From Pavona decussata (taxonomy: Eukaryota), in NCBI GenBank assembly GCA_977016875.1, contig CDRNST010000062.1, positions 4,154,001 to 4,218,000 of the forward strand: a stretch of DNA of 64,000 bases, read 5' to 3'. Positions 26,984 through 37,900 of the stretch are shown here, piece after piece. The position numbers were made by a program, and so were the translations under genes. How positions within the stretch are numbered: the first letter of the stretch is position 1; each line of letters opens with the position of its first letter. The notes beneath the pieces were generated by a model. It worked only from the letters and a program-made list of their open reading frames with translations, did no database searches and had not been told where the DNA came from.

Positions 26984-27134
26984 CCGCCTAGATTGGGATC
27001 GCCACCTTGTCGTGGTGAGGCGGCTTGCGTGCTCCAGTGACCCCTAGAGCTATGTTGGCTGGAGTCTTGTACTCCTGGCAGGGACACCCATGCCAAACAG
27101 GTCAAAGGGTAGGGGCCAGACAAAGAGTGATCCC
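26984..27134 (+). ncRNA. Candidate structured 5' leader of the RTE (HDV-ribozyme-like pseudoknot topology)
   Basis: CCGCCT(26984-89)/AGGCGG(27018-23); GGGATCGC(26995-27002)/GTGATCCC(27127-34); CACC(27003-06)/GGTG(27014-17) closing a 7-nt loop TTGTCGT. Folded by eye; it has non-canonical features. Confidence 0.4.
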
Positions 27135-30100
27135 ACTGGCCCTCAAGGTTGGGGGTTGGGCAGAGGGCTGATAACCCTCTTCCGTAAAAAAACAATTATT
27201 ACAGAAACCAGAAGCAGAGTGAATTCACTATTTCAAAGGGGAACTGTGGCAGTACCTCATCGGAGAGAGTTAATGACGCACGGGAGCCAAAGCCAGCAGG
27301 ACGCCTCCGGGCTGATCAAGCCACTGATACACCCTAAATACACCATGAAGATAGGCAACTGGAACGTAAGGACGCTTTACAGGAGTGGCAACATTGCACA
27401 GGCCGCGAGGGAAATGACAAAGAGAGGTATAGACGTAATGGGCATCAGTGAAACACACTGGACAGGACAAGGAACAATGCGACTTGCAGAGGGTGAAACC
27501 ATCATTTACTCCGGAAGAGATGATGACAACCATAGAGAGGGAGTCGGCATACTGATGTCAAAACATGCAGCACAATCTCTGATGGAATGGACTCCGATCA
27601 GCGAAAGGGTTATTCAAGCCAGATTTTATTCCAAATACATAAAACTTACGATCATACATGTATATGCACCCACTGAAGATACAGATGAGCAGATAAAAGA
27701 TGAGTTCTATGGGAGGCTACAGGATGTGCTAGACAGTGTCAATGAGCATGATATGTTAATTGTCACGGGGGACATGAATGCTAAGGTTGGAAACGACAAC
27801 TGGGCGTATGAAAGTGTGATGGGTAAACATGGGCTGGGGCAAAGAAATGATAATGGAGAAAGGCTTTGCGATATGTGTGATATGAATGAACTAGTCATAA
27901 CAGGGACATTGTTTCCTCATAAGACCATCCACAAAGTAACGTGGGTTTCCCCCGATGGGAATACCATGAACCAGATAGACCATGTACTAATCAGCAGGCG
28001 ATTTAGGAATTCGGTGAAAGATACGAGAGTATACAGGTCTGCAGATATCGGAAGCGACCACCATCTTGTATGTACAGTAGTCAAGTTGAGATTGAGTAAA
28101 CAAACAGCAGGGAAGAAAAGATGTAGAGTCAAGTACGATACAGCAAGGTTGAGGAATGAAGAGGTGTTACGGCAGTTTAACGTTGCCTTGCAAAATAGGT
28201 ACCAAGTCCTGGAGAACGAGGAAACAGCAGTTGAAGAAAGCGAAGAAGTGGAACAAGACTTTGAGGTGATGAAGAAGGCATATACAGAGGTGGCGGAATC
28301 AGTCTTAGGTAGACCTCGGAAGAAGAAGAAGCCGTGGATAAGTGAGGAGTCATGGAGCCTCATAGACCAAAGAGAGGAAATTAATAGGAAGATCCTGGGA
28401 ACACGGTCAGAAAGGGTTAAGAAGCAGCTTAGGGCCAAGTATGCAGAAAAGAACAGGGAAGTGAAGAGAAGCATAAAGACAGACAGAAAGAAATGGATGG
28501 AGAAGATCACTTGTGAGGCGGAGGAGGCTGCAGGAAACCAACACATGAAGACACTATACGGGCTCACCAAGATATTATGCAATGAAAAACCTAAGCAAAG
28601 CACAGCAGTGTTTGACAAAAATGGAAACCTTCTCAATAAAAAAGGCGAAGTACAGGCACGATGGACGGAGCACTTTAAAGAAGTACTCAATAGAGATTAA
28701 CCAGAAAACCCAGTCTTAAGTGATGAGGTATATGAATTAGAACTAAATGACGTCATTGAAGAGATCTCAATCAGTGAACCAACTTTAGGTGAAGTCAAAC
28801 AAGCTATAAAAAGATTGAAGAATGGGAAAGCGCCAGGAACTGACTCTATCACGGCCGAACTATTGAAAGCAAACATAGAGTTTTCAGCAACAAAAATCCA
28901 TCAGTTGTTGGGAAAAGTATGGACGTTTGAGAAGATCCCCCAACCCTGGAAGCAAAGGCTAATTATCAAGTTGCCAAAGAAAGGGAATCTCAAAGAATGC
29001 AAAAATTCGAGAGGAATAACCTTACTGTCCGTTGTGGGGAAGGTACTCGGTAGAATCATCATAGAGCGAGTGAGAAATGGAGTGGATAGAAGGCTGAGGA
29101 AGGAACAGGCAGGTTATAGAAAGGGGAGGGGTACAACAGACCAGATCTTCATCCTGCGGAACATTATTGAGCAGGTCAGCGAATGGCAGGCAACCCTGTA
29201 CCTGAACTTCGTAGACTTTGAGAAGGCTTTTGATTCTATCCACCGAGAAAGCCTGTGGGTAATAATGGCTAAGTATGGAATCCCGGAGAAGATCGTGAAA
29301 ATGGTAAGAGTATTTTATGACGACTTCAAGTGTGCTGTAGAAGATCAGGGGGAAACATGTGAGTGGTTTGACATAAAAACTGGGGTAAAACAAGGATGCA
29401 ATATGTCGGGATTCTTGTTCTTGATTGTTATGGATTGGGTAATGCGAAGAGCGGTTGGCAGTGGTGAAAACGGTATTAGGTGGAAGTTTACTTCAAAACT
29501 GGATGACTTGGACTTTGCGGACGATATAGCTCTGCTTTCATCTACCAAGCAGCAGATTCAGGATAAAACGACAAGGCTGGACGAAGAGGCCAGACGGGTG
29601 GGACTCAAAATCAACGGAGAAAAGACAAAAACGATGAGGATCAATGCAAGGAACCAAGAAAACATCATAATAAATGGGCAGGATATTGAAGATGTCGAAG
29701 AGTTTGTGTACTTGGGGGCGAAAGTTTGTAAAGAGGGAGGCGGTATGAAGGACTTGAAGAACAGGTTATCGAAAGCCAGAGGTGCCTTTAACAAACTAAA
29801 GAAGATCTGGATCTCTAATAACATCTCGAGGAAAACAAAACTGAGGCTGTATAAAACACTGGTAGTGCCAGTGTTACTCTATGGATCTGAGACATGGAAG
29901 ATAAACAAAGGAGATGATAAAGCAGTGAATGTGTTCCATAATAGATGCCTACGTAAGATCTTCCGAATCCGATGGCAAGACCATGTCAGTACCAAAGAGC
30001 TACTGGAAAGAGCAAGCATGAAGCCACTGAGTGTGGAAGTGATGTCTCGAAGATGGAAAATGATTGGCCATATTCTTAGGAAAGATCGCAATGATGATTG

Positions 30101-30302
30101 CAATGTTGCCATGAGCTGGGCACCAGAAGGTAAAAGGAGAAGGGGAAGACCAAAAACCACCTGGAGACGGACAGTAGAGAAAGAAAGGCAAGAAGCAGGT
30201 TGGAGATCGTGGGAGGAGGTGCGGACCGCAGCAACCAATAGAGAGGAGTGGAGAAGCTCTGTGAAGGCCCTATGTGCCACGAGGCACGAAAAGGATATAT
30301 GA
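27090..30302 (+). pseudogene. RTE ORF (apurinic endonuclease + reverse transcriptase) broken by one in-frame TAA at 28698-28700
   Basis: APE motifs IGNWNVRTL, SET, GDMNAK, QIDHVL, SDHHLV. RT motifs KAPG.D, EQAGYRKGR, FVDFEKAFDS, GVKQG, LDFADD, YLG; C-terminal RRRGRPKTTW. ORFs 27090 and 28815 share a frame with no other stop between them. Confidence 0.93.
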
Positions 30303-30702
30303 TGATGATATGACAAAATGAGAGCTAGACCCATCTCACATAGGCTTGGTATGGTGCCCAGTCTATTATATGCTTATGTTTGCTATGTTTACGACGAACA
30401 TCGAGCGCTAAGCTACCAAGTTTTTTCATGTATTATTAATTTTTGATTTCTAGTTAGTAACTTTATAGTTTGATACTTCTTGTTAAGGGCTTTGGAGCCT
30501 TGTAGACCTTGTATTGAGCGCTATATAAATGGTGTATTAGTATATAAGTTGACCATTCTACTATTGTAGCTGCTATCCATTTGTGCTATCTTTACAAGCA
30601 ATAGTAGTGATAAAAATGACCCTTCTTTTGAGCCGTCAAACTTGAGGATTTCATGCACAAACTCAAAAGTTAGAACATTAAATGAACCGAAGTTTAACTC
30701 TG

Positions 30703-30924
30703 GGCTCAGTTGTTCGAAAATCCACGATTAAAATTTAACCGAGGTTTGTATCTCGCTCGTTAAAAAAGTTGATCTTTAACTGAAGGCAAAGAAAAGTCCA
30801 AGTCTAAAGTGAAGGGCAAAAATGTTTTGGAGAAATGCTTATTGGTTAGCGATAAAGCTGTAAGGTTATAATCAAACTTCCCGTTAACACAGATTAGTTT
30901 AATCGGGCTTTGAACAACTGGGCC
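30703..30924. mobile_element. Related MITE with CTG TSD
   Basis: GGCTCAGTTGTTCGAAA ... TTTGAACAACTGGGCC, with CTG on both sides. The paralogous site at ~48451 has a single CTG. Confidence 0.85.
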
Positions 30925-31914
30925 CTGGTTTTCAAAGGCTAAACTTTGAATCGATAAGCTTCGTACTATACAATAATATTTACAATAATGTCTTTTGAAT
31001 CAGGCCGACTCGGCTTTCACTGCCACGCTTCACCAACAGAAAAAGAAATTGGCCGACAAATTTTAGCGTGGTCCATGCAGCAGCCAAAAGAGTTTCCGTC
31101 TTCAATAATTTGTCATTGTCGTGCGCAGAGCTGCTGGAGCAGAAGATAAGTTTTTAGGAACTTAAAACCCCCACTTTAACAATTGCTTTTTGATCGACCA
31201 TTAATGTGGTCTTTTCAAGAATCTCTCTCTTCCATTTCTTACTAATAGAAAGTCTATATTGTTAACTAACTCATCCACCAGCGAATCTCTAATCTGCTGA
31301 AAAACGTATTTTTAGGCGATAATTGTATATTGTGTTTTTAACGGGTCCGCATCAAACTTTTGTGTATATGACGGCGCCTTCCCGATTACGCTTACACTGT
31401 ACTAAACCTAATTTCTTCTAATGGTGGCTAATCTAAAGTAGGAATTAAGATAGAACTATTCATGCTATTCTATACATAATACCACAAAATAGCAGCTAAA
31501 AAGCGGAACTTAACTACAACGCCTCCTCCTCTCTTCGCCTCACCCCCACCACCCACAAAAAACCGCGCTACGCAGGCAGCGTTCACGAAAGAAAATAAGA
31601 CCAGAAAATGTCCAAACTTGCACGGCTTACAACGTAAGTCAAGAAACTAAGAAAAAAAAAATATATATTTTTTTTAACTGTACCGTGGGGCATTTGAAAA
31701 GCTCGTTTGTACTCTGCCGTGTATGGCGCATTTACCTACTTTTTTTTTTTTAATCTTTTTGCCAGGAGGGGAGGTTTGGAACTGCTAGGAATGACTGATT
31801 AATTTGATCTTAAAAAAGGGAAAGAGATCTCATAACCTTGTCAAAGCTGCTTCAATTTGGAATCATGTTAATGTGAGCGCTGCCTGAACTACCAAAAAAA
31901 GCGTTTTGATATCT

Positions 31915-34900
31915 TCATGTTACCTCATAAAATACTTCAATATCACTCAGAGTAAAAGAGTAGCTTCCAGCAAACCACGTACATGAACGTCTTGACGAAT
32001 ATCCTGAGGGAATTGCATAGGCGTAGCCACAATAGGTGTGCCCTCTGTTACTTGCTGTGTAGATGTCGTGCCCGTTACCAAAGGTCGGGCCATAACTGCT
32101 AGAATCGTATATGGCGGAATTATGATGTCCTGACTTGAGCCCAAGCTTAAGAGGATGGTAACTGTAGATGTTGTACAGCGAGTAGAGAAATGCTGTACTG
32201 GAACTTCTGTAACTTGAAGCTGGAAGAAAGATAAACATGTTTTACATTGAAAAAGGAATCGAAAAAATAGATAACTAAAAAAAACTATAATACGATGATC
32301 TGTGCATGAGCACGAACCCCACTGGTCACCGTAAAAAACAAATTTGTACCGTCTAACTACTCATTCACCGAAGGTAGTTGACTATCCCTTCATACCACAG
32401 GTTAGCAAACCGCTGCCGAGAGCTTCTACATGTTATATCCCTATGACCAGAACGATAATACTTACCACTAGCCCAAGAGACATCTGTATATCCGCCAAAT
32501 ATGTAACTGCCGACTCTGATGATAGTAACAGTGGGTCCCTGTCTATCACATTTGCTATGGAATGTCGAGGACGCCCAGCCATGCGTAGAGGCCCGCCAAC
32601 ATAACACAAACCTACTACGGGCTGAACTCTGAAGTACTGGGTTCAAATATGAAATCAACTGGTCCACATACGAGCTACTCTTGGGGCTGAGAATGCTGGA
32701 TGTAGAGAGGCCACCTAAACGAAAGAAAAATTTTAAGGAGCAGGTTAAGTAGCAGTCTTGTCTCTAGCCGGGAATTTAAGATGATGGATTCGAAGTTGTC
32801 GTTCAACGCTCTCTAATTTCAAAATAAGAACATTATTATCCTGTAGCTATACATATTTGACCCTGAAGAGGATGTTTTGTTGCGGGCATGAAAACAGGCA
32901 GTGGTAACTCACGACCTTCAGGTAGGTGGGTGGCCCACTCTCAAACGCTGGACTTCCTTCTCTTTGTGAAACAAAATATCTCGGAGCCTCGACTCTACGG
33001 GCCTCGGTTTGGTGTAAAAAAAATAAGCCTGATGGGGAGGGGGTGGGGAGAGGAACCTTCCTTTGATCCACCAGCGAAAGGGATAGATGGTTTGAACAAA
33101 AAGCCTGTTATTGCGGGGAGACAATATCTAGTAAAGTGCAGTTTCGGGTGCATTTAACATGTCATGATGATATGCCTTTCTGTAAATTGGTTAATGACAT
33201 GTTATTTGCACTATTTACTTGACCACAGCATCAGCCGATCACCGCGATTAAGAGGAAAACTCACGTTTATATACGCAGTAGTGTCCGTTTCCATGATAGT
33301 TTGACTGACAAGCACAGCTGTAAGACCCCACGGTGTTTGTGCAAACGGCGTTCGCGTGACAATTGTGCGAGCCACTTGTACATTCATTGACATCTGAAAA
33401 TTTTGTTACATCGAAACAAAACTACTCAATGTCATGTTTGAATGTTTATCACATCATAACACAACTCATTATCTGATACCAGTACAAGACACTGCACTGA
33501 AACGCATGCGCTAGAGGATTTCCACGCATGCGCATAGCTCATTACCCTCAAATATCCTAATGTGAATAATTGTACAGCTGCCTTATTACGCAATTGCATA
33601 AATGCATATTTGTTAACTTGGTCCACGCAGCAGTGATTAAATTTTTTCTTAGGTAATCCTCGTTTTCAGTTTCACTATGGTTATCTGTAAATACCGTTGA
33701 GTAATATTGTGTGATTGCAAAAATACGCATTTTCGTATGCAATTGTACTGAACAAAGTTGTTTTCTTAAATCGTTTTAAAATATGTTCATTAGATTAGAA
33801 CAGTTTTGAATTGATCATGAGGGTGGAAAGTTAGTTCGCTTTTGTTATGGTTTTGCTTTACGGAGATCTTTGATTGGTTAGCAAAACTCGCGCTACTTTC
33901 TCAACAGATGAGAAGAAAAACCACCATTAACCAATCGCGACTTGTCCGTACTCGTTTTACCGTGTTTAACACCATTATAGTTACATGTATTTACTTTGAG
34001 TTCCGATTGGTTTATTGTATTTTTTTTTTATTTAAACATATTTTATTGTCAAAGTTTGCCCCAAGAGAAAAAAAACTCATCGAGAGGGCTCATTAACGCC
34101 TGTAGTGATTACTTCACGATACTCAATGAAAAAAACTGCTCTATTATACCATTTACATCGTCGTCATCATCACCATCATCATCATCATCATCATCATTAT
34201 TATTTCTACATGTACGAAAAGTCGTACCATTACATCAAATAGTATCCTATGAGCTGTTACCACAAGCAAAAGAACTCTTCCATTTCTTACCGCTGCAAGT
34301 TTTTCCATTTCCAGTAAAACCGGGTTTGCACGTACAAACATAGGAACCGATATTGTTAACACAATTGGCTTTGGCGTGACAAACTGCAGGAGAAGCGCTA
34401 CATTCATCAATGTCTGAGGAAAAACAATAGTAACAGACACTGAGTTAGTTCTATACACACACACACACACACACACACAAAAAAAAATTGCTAGGCTTTT
34501 TGAAACCGTATATGCTGACAGAAAACATCACGATTTTAGTTGGTGAACCTGTTACATGTTTTTTCTTTTCTCTTATAGTCTGTTTACAGGATTTCGTTCG
34601 TTTAACCTCATAGAAGAATAAAAGTAACTTTCTCTTGTTGATTAAGATACAGTCCATTATTAGTAGTAATAAATGAGCTACGATCGCAGTTAAGAACGAA
34701 AATCAGTGACTGTGATTGTCTCATTTATTTATTCTTTTATCCACTGTTCAAATATATGAACTGCATACACTCCACTTCCATCCCGGAGGTATGATAGGAA
34801 TTCACAAAATGACCAGCTTCCAGTTGGCTTGATAGCTCAGTTGGTAGAGATGATGTATCGTTATCACAGGGGCCATGGGTTCGAATCCCTTTTAACCCTG

Positions 34901-37900
34901 AAGTTTAAGAGGTTGTCGTATTTAAGTTGCTTAAGTTGGGTATACAACTTCGATGGTCGTTCACTTCTCAATTCGTTCATTCACAGTTCAACTTGTATAT
35001 GACTTTCATAGTCATGAAAGCCTATTACTCAGATTGCTCAGCTAACATAAATGCATTATTTTTGAGTTCCGTTTTCATTGTCCGCCCAATTTCAAGAATG
35101 GAAACGATTGAATGCGAGGTCTCCTGAGTAAAATTTACTGAAAATGCATTCATTTGCAATACGAAAACAACTTTTAAAATGCCGTTATTTGAAGCATGGT
35201 TAATGTAAAGGCTGAAGAATTTTACTTGTCTTGTGTCCCGACCGCTGGTCAATAGGAACGAAGACTTTGGGTACGAGATTGGCATCGACACTTGCATCCT
35301 TTTCTTGTTACGTGGACTACTTGACAACGATGATTCGTTTCGTCAAGGCCTGCTGAACGTGATCAAAATGGCTGTGCGATGCAAGGTATAACGCTATCCA
35401 GCGGATAAAATGTACTTCAACCAATACATTTTATCAGCTGGATAAAGTTATCTACTCTTTGAACAACTGAGGCCTAGCCGATAAATCGGTGGTACGTGTA
35501 AATTAGTCTTAAGACAACATTTTGTCCTCTTATTGACCAAGACTGTTCTACTAGTAAAATTGGCTTTGACATTCACTGTGCACTGAAAAGAAACTGCCTC
35601 TGCGTGGAAACAGGTTAATCTCTTTAAATTTAAATGGGAGAAAAAGAAACATGGAAATAGCTTAGTACTTTTATCAAAAATTCCGCGTAAAAGTTTTCCA
35701 TTCGGCCACGATCGCGATTTTTAACTTGTTTCAGGAATTGGCATAGCTTGGAATGATGCAAACAAGAGATGAGAGGGAAGAAATATGCAAGGCAATGAGT
35801 CTCCACGTTTTTCATGTTACAAGCCATCAAGTCTTTTCTGGTCACCCATGGCCAGGCACTTTTTAATAGCTCCAATGCACTAGCATACTAACTTGTAAGA
35901 AAACCGGTTTATTATATTTAGGTTTCCTTGGTGTAAGCGTGACTTTTCGTTTTTCGATGTATTACAAAAAATAGCTGACACGTTCCCTTGAATTAAAAAC
36001 CACTCTAGGATGGTTTACAATTAATTGTCTTAACACCAATCACAGCAAACGTAAACAGCACAATTAACCAATCGGAATTGCGGGTAAAGCGCGGGAAAAC
36101 GAGTGCGAGCAGGTCACAATTTGTTTGATTTTGCTTCTTATTGGTTGAAAAAGTGGTGCAAACTTTGCCAACCAATCAAAAAGCGCAGTAAAACAAAACA
36201 AAAGCAAACGCAAAATTACTTTCGAAACTCAATTTGAAAGCTGCTCTGCAGCATCTTAATGCACCAAATTTAATCCAACCAAACACAAATTAAAGTAGAC
36301 AATGTTTAGTCCGGATGGAAGCAACCTAACAGTTACCACAATGAAAAGAAATCATCTATTCCTTACCGCTGCAAGTTTTTCCATTTCCATTAAAACCGGG
36401 TTTGCAAGTGCAAACATAGGAACCAACGTTGTTACTACAGCTGGCTTTGGCGTGACAAACTGCAGGAGAAGCGCTACATTCATCAATGTCTGAGGAAATA
36501 CAATAATAACAGAAACTGAGTTAGTCTTTAGGTTCCTACAGAAGAAACAAAGAAACAAATTTGCTTGGCTTTTTAAAAACCATGTGATGACAGAAAACAC
36601 ATGACGATTTTGGAGACCTGTTACATGTGGTTTCTTTTCTCTTATAGTTTGTTTACAGGATTTCGTTCTTTAAACCTCATAGAAGAATAAAGGTCACTTC
36701 CTCTTGTCCATTATTTCTATCATCGCAGTTAAGTACGAAAATCAATAACTGTGATTGTCTCATTTATTAATTCTCTTGACAACGATGATTCGTTTCGTCA
36801 AGGTCTGCTGAACGTGATCAAAATGGCTGTGCGATGCAAGGTATAACGCTATCCAGCGGATAAAATGTACTTCAACCAATACATTTTACCAGCTGGATAT
36901 AGTTATCTACTCTTTGAACATGTGGGGCCTAGCCGATAAATCGGCGGTAAGTGTAAAGTAGTCTTAAGACAACATTTTGTCCTCTTATTGACCAAGACTG
37001 TTCTACTAGTAAAATTGGCTTTGACATTTACTGTGCACTGAAAGAAACTGCCTCTGCGTGGAAACAGGTTAATCTCTTTAAATTTAAATGGGAGAAAAAG
37101 AAACATGGAAATAGCTTAGTACTTTTATCAAAAATTCCGCGTAAGTTTTCCATTCGGCCACGATCGCGATTTTTAACTTGTTTCAGGAATTGGCATAGCT
37201 TGGAATGATGCAAACAAGAGATGAGAGGGAAGGAATATGCAAGGCAATGAGTCTCCACGTTTTTCATGATACAAGCCATCAAGTCTTTTCTGGTCACCCA
37301 TGGCCAGGCACTTTTTAATAGCTCCAATGCACTAGCATACTAACTTGTAAGAAAACCGGTTTATTATATTTAGGTTTCCTTGGTGTAAGCGTGACTTTTC
37401 GTTTTTCGATGTATTACAAAAAATAGCTGACACGTTTCCTTGAATTAAAAACCACTCTAGGATGGTTTTCAATTAATTGTCTTTACACCAATCACAGCAA
37501 ACGTAAACAGCACAATTAACCAATCGGAATTGCGGGTAAAGCGCGGGAAAACGAGTGCGAGCAAGTCACAATTTGTTTGATTTTGCTTCTCATTGGTTGA
37601 AAAAGTGGTGCAAACTTTGCCAACCAATCAAAAAGCGCAGTAAAACAAAACAAAAGCAAACGCAAAATTACTTTCGAAACTCAATTTGAAAGCTGCTCTG
37701 CAGCATCTTAATGCACCAAATTTAATCCAACCAAACACAAATTAAAGTAGACAATGTTCAGTCTGGATGGAAGCAACCTAACAATTACCACAATGAAAAG
37801 AAATCATCTATTCCTTACCGCTGCAAGTTTTTCCATTTCCATTAAAACCGGGTTTGCAAGTGCAAACATAGGAACCAACGTTGTTACTACAGCTGGCTTT

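Larger units (their letters stand above)
26984..30312 (+). mobile_element. Full-length RTE-clade non-LTR retrotransposon
   Basis: 14-bp TSD ACAAAATGAGAGCT at 26970-26983 and 30313-30326; short (TGA)n tail; single APE-RT frame. The paralogous site near 48115-48165 is empty. Confidence 0.95.

Noticed and set aside
26981-27165. Twister ribozyme at the RTE 5' end
   Set aside because: CTCCGCCT and GGGTTGGGC resemble twister-bearing RTE leaders, but the central GGTCCCAAGCCC-type core and the cleavage-site UAA are absent.
27917-30334. Long antisense ORFs over the RTE
   Set aside because: Shadow frames of a purine-rich coding strand with no motifs.
34826-34900. tRNA gene (also at 38331 and 54881)
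   Set aside because: A and B boxes are present, but the acceptor and anticodon stems do not pair well and a shared tail follows; it is better explained as a SINE.
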